Assembly: GCA_041739675.1 (NCBI GenBank)
Contig: JBGSNL010000036.1
Location: 1-27,996, forward strand
Direction: 5' to 3'
DNA from: a bacterium
GTDB lineage: Bacteria; UBA10199; 2-02-FULL-44-16; DYJF01
DNA length: 27,996 bases
Shown: in pieces, positions 9,385 to 17,430 of the stretch
How positions within the stretch are numbered: the stretch's first letter is position 1
How the letters are laid out: every line of letters begins with the position of its first letter
Notes under the pieces: generated by a model
The model's database searches: none
What the model saw: only the letters and a program-made list of their open reading frames with translations
What the model was told of the DNA's origin: nothing
Program-made: the position numbers and the translations under genes

Positions 9385-9877
9385 GCGCGTCTATGTCCAC
9401 GCGGACTATCACCGCGCGCTCGATACAGCCCACGAAAAATTAGATCCGGCAAAACTTAAGGGTTTCGTCGTCCTCATGAAGGACGGCATCCCCGCCGAGC
9501 GCGCTGCGTTCTACATAGGCTGGGGCGATTACGATTACAGAGGCGTTACAATCGACGGCGAGAAAGTGACGACGCGCAGGGGAAAACCTTACGCTCTTTT
9601 GCAGGCTGGCGATGTGCTGGCGATCTCTGATACGGATCATCTTGGGCGCTCACTCTATCTCAAGCTCATAACGCCTGAGGTCTACATCCCCGCCGACAAG
9701 GCGGACAAGAAGCATCAGTCATGTGTGACCAACGACATCATATTCAAACTGCCGAAGGATGTTTATAAAGAGGACAACGCTGAAAAGGCCATGGAGCTTC
9801 TGGGCGAATGGTTCAAACCCTTCACGAACATCGATGACGCAAAAAATTTCGCGTCGACTCTGGCAAAAAAAGATTAG
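9293..9877 (+). CDS. Secreted hypothetical protein
   Basis: Signal peptide MKRLAICLILMTAFIPASWA; purine-rich upstream sequence; fills the gap to the next gene. Confidence 0.8.
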   Translation: MKRLAICLILMTAFIPASWAKDPAKIWEEFERVYVHADYHRALDTAHEKLDPAKLKGFVVLMKDGIPAERAAFYIGWGDYDYRGVTIDGEKVTTRRGKPYALLQAGDVLAISDTDHLGRSLYLKLITPEVYIPADKADKKHQSCVTNDIIFKLPKDVYKEDNAEKAMELLGEWFKPFTNIDDAKNFASTLAKKD

Positions 9878-9885
9878 GGGGAAAC

Positions 9886-10368
9886 ATGATGAAAGATCTG
9901 ACTGCAGTTGAGGTCGTGGGAATTGCAATAGGCAAAGAGCGCGAATCCCAGGATCTCTATAACAGGATGGCGGCAGAGATCAATAATCCGATCGTCAGAG
10001 AGAAGTTTATCTCTCTTTCGCGCGAAGAGAAGATGCACGAGGAAATTCTGACGAAAATATATCAGAAGATGACGGGCGAGGCGAAGCCTGCTCAATCGAA
10101 GGTCAAGTTCAAGCCCACTCCTCTGCCAAAGCCCGACGCAGCGTTGGACGAGCTTTTTGTTTTTGCCATCGAGCGCGAGCGCGAGGCGCAGCGCATGTAC
10201 ACTCAGGCGGCGGAGGTTTCAACGGATCAGAGTGGAAGGCGCACGTTTCAATATCTTGCCGATTTCGAGCGCGGCCACGAGATTCTTCTATTGGCGGAAT
10301 TTGAATCCTACAAGAGAGACAAAAACTGGTACGCGGATATGCCTGACATCCAGCTGGTCGGGCCGTAA
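9886..10368 (+). CDS. Rubrerythrin/ferritin-like di-iron protein
   Basis: Twice-repeated AIxxE...Y...ExxH (AIGKERESQDLY...EEKMH; AIEREREAQRMY...FERGH). Confidence 0.9.
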   Translation: MMKDLTAVEVVGIAIGKERESQDLYNRMAAEINNPIVREKFISLSREEKMHEEILTKIYQKMTGEAKPAQSKVKFKPTPLPKPDAALDELFVFAIEREREAQRMYTQAAEVSTDQSGRRTFQYLADFERGHEILLLAEFESYKRDKNWYADMPDIQLVGP

Positions 10369-10373
10369 GACGC

Positions 10374-10506
10374 GATCATAATCTTAATCGTAATCATAAT
10401 CCTAATCGCTTTTTCATCGCAATTTATCGCATCTTATCGCTTTGGAGCGATTAAAGATAAGAGCGATTAAGATGAGGATTAAGATTTAGATTAGGATTAA
10501 GATTAA
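10374..10506. repeat. Inverted hexamer array (AATCNT)n ... (GATTAR)n with central ATCGC repeats; long imperfect hairpin
   Basis: gatcat aatctt aatcgt aatcat aatcct aatcgc is complementary to gattaa gatgag gattaa gattta gattag gattaa gattaa. Confidence 0.85.
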
Positions 10507-10663
10507 GAACACAGCGATTTTCCCCCTGCCTCGTGCATGTAACCATTCAATATCATTTATTTAGCAATACCGCGGCCGAAAGGGGCTCAAAACAGACCTT
10601 CCACAAAAATCCATTTTGAATGATTTCAACGATTTACAAGCAGGGGAATGGGCACTTTATCCT

Positions 10664-11431
10664 TTATCCTACGGCTGGAACGCCGCCTTTGTCCGTCAGC
10701 GGTTGTTCCTTTCCATATTTCACAACGAGTCTCTTAACTACGCAGGTCATATATTCAGTAATGGCATCTCTATATCTGACATAATCGCGTGGCATAATTT
10801 TTATTTTCTCACCCACCTTGTATTTCTTCCAAGGGCATGCTTTTAGAAAACTCGCATCGACAACCGAAGCATTGTGAACGATAATATTTCTAACATTATA
10901 TAATTCATAAATGTTTTTCTTAACTTTCCTATCTACGTGCCCCGCTACGTGGAAAACATCCAATAGCGTTTCAAATTTATCTACACCTCTTTTTACATTT
11001 GCATTTACACTACGCTCAAGTTCTTTAACCAAATAGTAGTATTTATCATTGTCATCAAATAATTCATATTCTGCCCAAGGGATCTTAATCTTAGAAATGA
11101 CTTCTTTTTTAGCACTTGACTGTCTGTATTTGAGCAACCATACGACTAACTTATCAATAAGACTTTCAAGGCCGCTCCATACTGACACTAGAGCTAGTGA
11201 ATGCAGAAACGGATATTTATCTTTGATTTCGCCTTTCGCAAATTGTGCCATTTCTCTTGCTCTTTTAACTTTAGCCTCATTTGTTTGTCCAGTCTGCAGT
11301 TGTTCCAACTTCGCTATTTCCAGTACTAACTTATCCATTTTACTAATACTGTTTATGCCACTAATACATAATACCAACAGTCTTGAGACTTCATCAACAT
11401 GACGCAAAAAATCTTCAAATAATCTTCTCAT
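10664..11431 (-). CDS. Hypothetical protein with HEPN-like RNase motif
   Basis: 255-aa AT-rich helical ORF; RNIIVHN (RxxxxH) near the C-terminus, upstream SGLES helix. Confidence 0.7.
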   Translation of the reverse strand: MRRLFEDFLRHVDEVSRLLVLCISGINSISKMDKLVLEIAKLEQLQTGQTNEAKVKRAREMAQFAKGEIKDKYPFLHSLALVSVWSGLESLIDKLVVWLLKYRQSSAKKEVISKIKIPWAEYELFDDNDKYYYLVKELERSVNANVKRGVDKFETLLDVFHVAGHVDRKVKKNIYELYNVRNIIVHNASVVDASFLKACPWKKYKVGEKIKIMPRDYVRYRDAITEYMTCVVKRLVVKYGKEQPLTDKGGVPAVG

Positions 11432-11520
11432 ACGATACCTTTCACCAGATACATGATACGTCGTAATAGTGAACTATGTTGAATATAGCTCGCAGCGAGA
11501 GCGCACGTATTTATGTTGGA

Positions 11521-11562
11521 GCGTTGCACTTGACTCTTGAATTCATCAACGTCCCCTTTATC
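11521..11562. repeat. 42-bp intergenic direct repeat, copy 1
   Basis: gcgttgcacttgactcttgaattcatcaacgtcccctttatc; 36/42 identical to 12079-12120. Confidence 0.9.
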
Positions 11563-11581
11563 AATTTGCTCCGTCTTACGA

Positions 11582-12067
11582 TTAGTCACCTTTAGCGTAT
11601 TCTGTTCCATTTTTATACCAGGTACAGTCAAATCTCCCTTCAGTAATATTAATATATAGGCCTAGTTGATATTGGTAGTTTCCTGATTTTTCGGTTAGTA
11701 GCTCAAGCTTTTTTGCATCACAATCATCTCTCTTCTTATCTTTCTTCATTTCAACAACCAAGAGGTTATTGTCGCCACCCGAGCGATTACGTCGATGAAC
11801 GATGATATCTGGAAAGATTACATTGTTCTTTTTCTGCTCGTCGCAACCCGTGATACCATCCAGTCTCTTCCGCATATCCTCGTCTCGATCATACTCACAA
11901 TCAACGTCCCAGCCCGTAATATTCCGCTCAAGATGAACGGCAAGACGGTGAGCTGTTGATCGCTCATGAACAACAGAGAAATCTAGTGGACGATCTTCTT
12001 TCTTTAAGTCTTCAATAGCTCTTTTTATAGCGACTTGTATTTCTTCAGTTGACATTGGCGCCTGCAT
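11582..12067 (-). CDS. PD-(D/E)XK nuclease-fold protein
   Basis: HERSTAHRLAVHLE...DVDCEYDR...FPDIIVHRR...LLVVEMKK. Confidence 0.75.
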   Translation of the reverse strand: MQAPMSTEEIQVAIKRAIEDLKKEDRPLDFSVVHERSTAHRLAVHLERNITGWDVDCEYDRDEDMRKRLDGITGCDEQKKNNVIFPDIIVHRRNRSGGDNNLLVVEMKKDKKRDDCDAKKLELLTEKSGNYQYQLGLYINITEGRFDCTWYKNGTEYAKGD

Positions 12068-12078
12068 TTTCTGGCCTC

Positions 12079-12120
12079 GCGTTGCACTTGACTTGTGAAT
12101 TCACCAACGGTCTCTTTATC
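12079..12120. repeat. 42-bp intergenic direct repeat, copy 2
   Basis: gcgttgcacttgacttgtgaattcaccaacggtctctttatc. Confidence 0.9.
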
Positions 12121-12141
12121 TGCGAAACAATCCGGCGACTA

Positions 12142-13538
12142 TCATTTTGGCAAGGCGGGAAAATCAACGATTTTCCCAATACTATTCTTTATAGCATCAC
12201 GACAACTTTTTGCAAAAGTTTCACTTTTTGACTCTTTTACATATTTAGCAACTTGGAAAAAGTCGGCGGTTCTTACTAAAACACAATTTGATGTCTTCGC
12301 TGTATTGATACATTTGGTCGTAAATTGCTCTGCTCGTTCAGATGGTTTCTTAAGCCGAAAACCATTTCCGAACAAAATACCAGTTGCGGGGTTTTCGACC
12401 TCATCTCTTTGCAAATCTTCTTGAATATTTACTGCCAATTGTCTGAATTTATCAATGTTAATTGCAGAAGTATCTTTACCCTCGGCCTCGCCAATAAACC
12501 GATCTCCTTCTGGCGAAGTGATAACATGGTCTAGCTCAAGATTTCCGTCGTTGAAATGTTCTGCCTTATATCCCAAAATCTCCAATGCTGTGCTAATTGC
12601 ATTTTCCAGTATTTTTCCTTTCTCAAAAAGCAAATCCCTCAACCTGATCTCTTGATCTGCCCTTGCCAATAACTCATTCTTTTGCAAAATGAGCTTCTCG
12701 ATTTCTTTCGTTTTCTTTTCAATCTCCATCTGTAAAACCTGCTCTTGGGCTAATTGAAAATCTGCATGGCTTGTCCAAGCTGGCGGCGGGGTTCTGTCTC
12801 CGCCCTTACGAAGAGCTTTGTCTATATCTACAAGTGTTTTAACTAAAGACTTTCCAAATTGTACTGCCTCTTCTGTCCAGTATTGTTTCTTTTCTTTACC
12901 CTTACCTCTGTATTCGGTAAATTTGTGCTCGTCGTATTTTATGAAGGGCAAGATCACAAGATGCCCACTGTTAACTTTGTAAATTGCTCCTAGAATTTTG
13001 TTTTGTCTTTGCCAGTGAAAATTACTCGCGCTCCCTCCGGGTTCTCTACGTAGAGTCGATATTCCAAATTGCTCTTAAACCTTTCGTAAAAATCACTAAA
13101 TAGCGACTCTCCAGAAAATTCAATATGTTTCCCAGAAGATGATGTTAATGTGCCTATATCAATCGGAATAAAATCATAATTACTATATTTCTCCGTGCCA
13201 TACAGGTTTTGTCCTTTTTTCTCTATGGAGACACTATGTGCTAAACTTATTTCTTCCTTTTTGGTCAAAAGTATAAAGACAGTTTTCCCAGCGTTTAGAC
13301 AATCTCCTATTTCCTTTTTCAAATGGGCGATTTTTTGTTTATACCTTCTCGAAGTCTCAACGTTATAACAACCCCCATCGCTTGGAGTGAAACTTACCCA
13401 ATCGCCCCTTGGCTCTAATGAATCTGGAGAAATCAATAAAATATCAGCGTCCATCAAGGACTGGTCGTTGTAAAAATCGACATAAGTTTTATCAAATGTT
13501 GGTATTGTGTACCCGATTGTGAATATTTGTTTTTCCAT
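12142..13538 (-). pseudogene. Frameshifted gene (~465 aa if fused): N-terminal domain, coiled coil and restriction-endonuclease-like C-terminal domain
   Basis: ORF 13538-12990 ends TGKDKTKF*; one more A at 12996-12999 gives TK-ILGAIYKVNSGHLVILPF, continuous with ORF 12957-12142; C-terminal ELDHVI...GEAEGKD. Confidence 0.75.
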
Positions 13539-13588
13539 AATTTATTCTAGATCGCCTTTCCCGATGTTGAACGACTTGTAACGGAGCA

Positions 13589-13639
13589 AAGCATAAAATG
13601 ATATTTACCGGCGACTATTTACTCCCCCCGCCACCGCAT
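13589..13639 (-). promoter_or_regulatory. Possible sigma70 promoter region for the island genes (TTGCAA-17-TAAATA)
   Basis: Minus strand ttgcaa tgcggtggcggggggag taaata about 70 nt upstream of the 13538 start. Confidence 0.3.
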
Positions 13640-13666
13640 TGCAAGCGGCGGGAAAGGAGCGAAAAC

Positions 13667-13738
13667 AGTAGGTGGCATGTAGTAGGTAGAATGTGGGGAG
13701 GGGGCACACGGGCCCTTCGAGGGGCTCAGGGCGAACGG
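13667..13738. repeat. Heptamer repeats plus a REP-like half site downstream of the minus-strand four-helix-bundle gene
   Basis: agtaggt ggcatgt agtaggt agaatgt; cccttcgaggggctcagggcgaacgg shares CCTTCG-N4-GCTCAGG with 17473-17489. Confidence 0.55.
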
Positions 13739-13741
13739 AAT

Positions 13742-14077
13742 TCACCGCATCAGTGCCCAGAGCATCTTGCTCACTTCCGTAAGGCGGGATTTCACAGAGC
13801 TTGCTGCAAGCGGCGTCATTACGCCGAAGGATGATGTGAGATCAATGCATGCAGACACTTCAACAGCTGACGCCCTAGCGATTTCGAAGAAGCGGCGGCG
13901 TTCAGCCGAGCTTCGACGCGCGTTGCCTTCCGCGATATTGAGAACCACTGACGCGATTGCGCGGCGCAGCTGATCATATAGATAGCCGAGCCCACGGGGC
14001 CACCTGGCACCCTCCTTGCTTAACTCCTCTGCTAACTTGACTGCACCCTGGTAGCACTTCAGTTTTTCGTGCAACAT
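13742..14077 (-). CDS. Four helix bundle protein (23S rRNA intervening-sequence protein / Avd-like family)
   Basis: HEKLKCYQ, DQLRRAIASVVLNIAEGNAR, RRFFEIARASAVEV; AGGAGG RBS 5 nt before the ATG at 14077. Confidence 0.92.
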   Translation of the reverse strand: MLHEKLKCYQGAVKLAEELSKEGARWPRGLGYLYDQLRRAIASVVLNIAEGNARRSSAERRRFFEIARASAVEVSACIDLTSSFGVMTPLAASSVKSRLTEVSKMLWALMR

Positions 14078-14089
14078 AAACACCTCCTA

Positions 14090-14146
14090 GTTTGTCATTT
14101 TTTGCTGCCCTCTCATAAGGGTGGAGGGCAGCAAAAAATGACAAAC
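14090..14146. repeat. Perfect 23-bp inverted repeat with 11-nt loop between divergent paralogs
   Basis: gtttgtcattttttgctgccctc-tcataagggtg-gagggcagcaaaaaatgacaaac. Confidence 0.95.
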
Positions 14147-14160
14147 CAAAAGGAGGAATC

Positions 14161-14496
14161 ATGAATCACGAAAAACTGGAGTGCTACAGGCAGTTGGTTT
14201 CAATTGCAGAGGAGGTTGCAAGGAGGGTGGCCAGGTGGCCAAAAGGCCATGGGGATCTTGTTGATCAGCTGCGCCGCGCCACCACGTCCACTATTCTCAA
14301 TCTCGCGGAAGGCAACGGAAAGCGGAGGCGCGGGCGCGAACGCTACTTCTTCTTCCGAATCTCGCTTGGCTCCATTGCCGAAGTTGCGGCTGCACTTGAT
14401 CTTGCTCGCGCATTCGGTCTTGTCGAAGTCGCCGAGCTGGATTCCCTCAAATCGCGGTTGCGGCTGGCGTACGTGCAGATCAGAGCTCTACCGTGA
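14161..14496 (+). CDS. Four helix bundle protein (23S rRNA intervening-sequence protein / Avd-like family)
   Basis: HEKLECYR, DQLRRATTSTILNLAEG, FFRISLGSIAEV; AGGAGG RBS. Confidence 0.92.
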   Translation: MNHEKLECYRQLVSIAEEVARRVARWPKGHGDLVDQLRRATTSTILNLAEGNGKRRRGRERYFFFRISLGSIAEVAAALDLARAFGLVEVAELDSLKSRLRLAYVQIRALP

Positions 14497-14628
14497 GCTC
14501 TGTTCTCTTCGCTCTGTTGCTCAGTTCACGGTTCTCTGGCTCTTTTCTCTGCTCTCTGATGGTTACTGCGATGACAAGGCGATGTCACAGCGATGGAAAA
14601 GCGATGAAAGTGCGATGGAAAATCGATT
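14497..14628. repeat. Pyrimidine-rich ~7-nt repeats followed by an 11-nt-period GCGATG array
   Basis: gctctgt tctcttc gctctgt...; GCGATG at 14568, 14579, 14590, 14601, 14612, degenerate at 14623. Confidence 0.8.
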
Positions 14629-14636
14629 TGCCGAGT

Positions 14637-15953
14637 CTATCTCAAAAATTCAGTCACTATCTGCTTCAGCGTCGGTTCCCCGATCTCTTCCAGTTCATAT
14701 CGAACGCGGAGCGCCGGTTTATCTATTTTAATTACGCGTCTTAAATCGATCGGGCTTCCAACGAGGACCACATCCGCCGGTGTTGCTTTCACCGTTGCTT
14801 CAAGATCTTTCAGCTGATCTTTGTAGTATCCCAATGCCGGGATCAGTTTTCCAAGATGCGGGAATTTTGTGTATGCATCTTCGATCGAGCCTACCGCATA
14901 GGGCCTAGGATCCACAATCTCTGCTGCCTCGCATTCATCCGCACATACCATCCCCGCTCCATAGCTCATCCCTCCATGCGTGAGCGTCGGGCCGTCTTCA
15001 ATGACCAAAACTTTCTTGCCCTTGACCAGCTCCGGTTTATCGACCGATATCTGCGAGTCGCCTCTGATCACCTTTGCCGTTGGATTGCACTGCTTGATAT
15101 TTTCCCAGACGATATTGAGCTGCTCGGCGGAGGCTTCCTGATATTTGTTGATTACGAGAACGTCCGCGGTCAGGAAATTCACCTCTCCGGGGAAATATGA
15201 GCGCTCGTGTCCCGGGCGGAGCGGATCCAGAACCGTGATTTCAAGATCGGGCGCGACAAAGGGCATATCGTTGTTGCCGCCGTCCCAAACAATGATGTCC
15301 GCCTCTTTTTCCGCCTGGCGCACGATTTTTTCGTAATCGATGCCCGCATAAACCACGAGCCCTCGGTCTATGTACGGCTCATACTCTTCGCGCTCCTCGA
15401 TCGTGCAGTTGTGGCGGTCCATATCTTCAAATGAAGCGAAGCGCTGAACCGCTTGGGAGACGAGGTCGCCGTACGGCATCGGATGCCTTATCGCCACGAC
15501 TTTCTTGCCCATATCCTTCAGAATTCCCACCAGCTTTCTCGCCGTCTGGCTCTTGCCGCAGCCCGTCCTTATCGCGCACACGGAGATCACGGGGCACTTT
15601 GCTTTAATCTGCGTCTGCTCGGGGGACAAAAGCATGAAATTTGCGCCGCCCGCCATCGCCTTAGACCCTTTCTGCATCACGTATTCGTGCGGGACATCGC
15701 TGTAGGAGAAGACGACCATATCGACGGATTTCTTTTTTATGAGGTTTGTGAGCTCGGATTCGGGATAGATCGGAACTCCCTTGGGATAGAGCTTGCCCGA
15801 AAGTTCCGGCGGATATTTTCTTCCCTCGATCTTGGGTATCTGCGTCGCCGTGAAACAGACGACGTCATATTGGTCGTTCTCACGGAAATATGTGTTGAAG
15901 TTGTGAAAATCGCGACCAGCCGCACCCATGATCAGGACCCGCCGTTTTGTCAT
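14637..15953 (-). CDS. Cyclic 2,3-diphosphoglycerate synthetase-like P-loop GTPase
   Basis: IMGAAGRDFHNFN, P-loop RTGCGKSQT, RHPMPYG, WDGGNND, EDGPTLTHGGM. Confidence 0.85.
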   Translation of the reverse strand: MTKRRVLIMGAAGRDFHNFNTYFRENDQYDVVCFTATQIPKIEGRKYPPELSGKLYPKGVPIYPESELTNLIKKKSVDMVVFSYSDVPHEYVMQKGSKAMAGGANFMLLSPEQTQIKAKCPVISVCAIRTGCGKSQTARKLVGILKDMGKKVVAIRHPMPYGDLVSQAVQRFASFEDMDRHNCTIEEREEYEPYIDRGLVVYAGIDYEKIVRQAEKEADIIVWDGGNNDMPFVAPDLEITVLDPLRPGHERSYFPGEVNFLTADVLVINKYQEASAEQLNIVWENIKQCNPTAKVIRGDSQISVDKPELVKGKKVLVIEDGPTLTHGGMSYGAGMVCADECEAAEIVDPRPYAVGSIEDAYTKFPHLGKLIPALGYYKDQLKDLEATVKATPADVVLVGSPIDLRRVIKIDKPALRVRYELEEIGEPTLKQIVTEFLR

Positions 15954-15964
15954 AGAACCTCCGC

Positions 15965-17419
15965 TTATACCTTTCGACCGACAAGTTTATTGTAAAGTTG
16001 CTGATATTCCTCAGCCGAGCGGTCCCACGAAAAGTCCGCCGCCATATCGTTGGCGACGAGCTTTGTGAAGGACTTGGGCTGTTTGTAAACTCCCATGGCC
16101 CTGTCGATTGCCGCTGTGAGGGCATCCGCCTTGTAATCCGCGAACTTGAATCCCGTTCCACGACCGGCCTTCGGTTCGAATTCGGCGACGGAATCGTCGA
16201 GTCCGCCCGTCGCCCTGACGATGGGGACCGTTCCATACTTCATGCTTATCATCTGATTCAGGCCGCAGGGCTCGTAATGCGACGGCATAAGGAAGAAATC
16301 CGAACCCGCTTCGATGAGATGCGCCAGGCTGTTGTCGAACGCAAGGGCGAGGCCCATATTTTTTGGATATTGCTGCGCCAGCTGTTTCAGCATCTGATGA
16401 TACTTTGCTTCTCCGGTTCCCAGGATGACAAGCTGGATATCCGATTTCATTAGCTGGGGCAGCGCCTGCTCTAAAAGATCGAATCCCTTTTGCGAGGCGA
16501 GCCGCGAGATGATGCCGAAAAGCGGCACTTCGGATCGCACGGGGAGCTTGAAGTGGCTCTGGAGCTTTTCCCTGCAGATCTGTTTGCCGGCCATGTCGGC
16601 AGGCGTGAATTTTTTGGGGAGAAGCTCGTCGGAGGCCGGGTTCCATTCCGCGTAATCTATTCCGTTGAGGATTCCGTAAAGATCTTTCTTCCTTTGGGCC
16701 AATGCACCTTCAAGACCGCAGCCGTACTCCGGCGTCAATATCTCCGCCGCGTATTTTTTGGAGACGGTGGTGATCGCGTCGGCATAGACGATGCCCCCCT
16801 TGAGGAAGTTTATCTTGCCGTAGAATTCGAGCTTGTCGAACGTGAAATATTCCCAGCCCAGCCCCAGAAGCGGCATATCCAGATGCCAGAAGACTCCCTG
16901 ATAGCCCAGGTTATGGATAGTCAGCACTGTCTTTATCTTCGCCAGCTTTTTGTGATCGCGGTAAAGAGTTTTTAAATAAACGGGAACGAGAGCGGATTGC
17001 CAGTCGTGGCAGTGGACTATGTCGAAATTTTCATTGAGTTGCTCCAACAGCGCTATCGCCGCCTTTGAAAAAAAGACGAAGCGTTCGGAATTGTCCGGGT
17101 AGTCGCCGTCTACCGTCTGATAGAGTTCTTCGCGGTCGAAATATTTGGGCTGGCTGATGAAATAAGCGTCGACGTTTTGCGCCACTTTCACTGTGTGTAT
17201 CTCGCCGGCCACTTCCTTCGTGCCGACCATTACCTTGACCGTTTTCTTGAGCGGCTTGATCCCGAATTTTTTTGCGGAGATCTTCTTGTAGTAGGGCATG
17301 ATGACGGAAACCTTGGCGCCCGCCTTGGCTAAAGCGCGCGGAAGCGTGCCCGCCACGTCCGCCAGGCCTCCCGTCTTCGCGAACGGAACAACCTCGGATG
17401 CTATCATTGCTATGTTCAT
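15965..17419 (-). CDS. glgA: Glycogen synthase
   Basis: SEVVPFAKTGGLADV, HCHDWQ, TIHNLGYQG, PSHYEPCGLNQM; start at MNIAM. Confidence 0.97.
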   Translation of the reverse strand: MNIAMIASEVVPFAKTGGLADVAGTLPRALAKAGAKVSVIMPYYKKISAKKFGIKPLKKTVKVMVGTKEVAGEIHTVKVAQNVDAYFISQPKYFDREELYQTVDGDYPDNSERFVFFSKAAIALLEQLNENFDIVHCHDWQSALVPVYLKTLYRDHKKLAKIKTVLTIHNLGYQGVFWHLDMPLLGLGWEYFTFDKLEFYGKINFLKGGIVYADAITTVSKKYAAEILTPEYGCGLEGALAQRKKDLYGILNGIDYAEWNPASDELLPKKFTPADMAGKQICREKLQSHFKLPVRSEVPLFGIISRLASQKGFDLLEQALPQLMKSDIQLVILGTGEAKYHQMLKQLAQQYPKNMGLALAFDNSLAHLIEAGSDFFLMPSHYEPCGLNQMISMKYGTVPIVRATGGLDDSVAEFEPKAGRGTGFKFADYKADALTAAIDRAMGVYKQPKSFTKLVANDMAADFSWDRSAEEYQQLYNKLVGRKV

Positions 17420-17430
17420 TTTTCCCCCTG

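Noticed and set aside
10374..10645. CRISPR array
   Set aside because: Repeat units are 6-11 nt without unique spacers; no cas genes
11428..11631. 67-aa minus-strand ORF between island genes
   Set aside because: Overlaps both neighbours and runs across the non-coding 42-bp repeat
11436..12120. Integron attC sites
   Set aside because: The 42-bp repeat and the imperfect stem at ~11445-11520 lack paired RYYYAAC...GTTRRRY boxes in the gene orientation; no intI seen
13742..14496. Diversity-generating retroelement suggested by Avd-like proteins
   Set aside because: No reverse transcriptase and no TR/VR pair with adenine-specific mismatches in the window
13742..14496. 23S rRNA gene with an intervening sequence
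   Set aside because: No rRNA sequence flanks these genes
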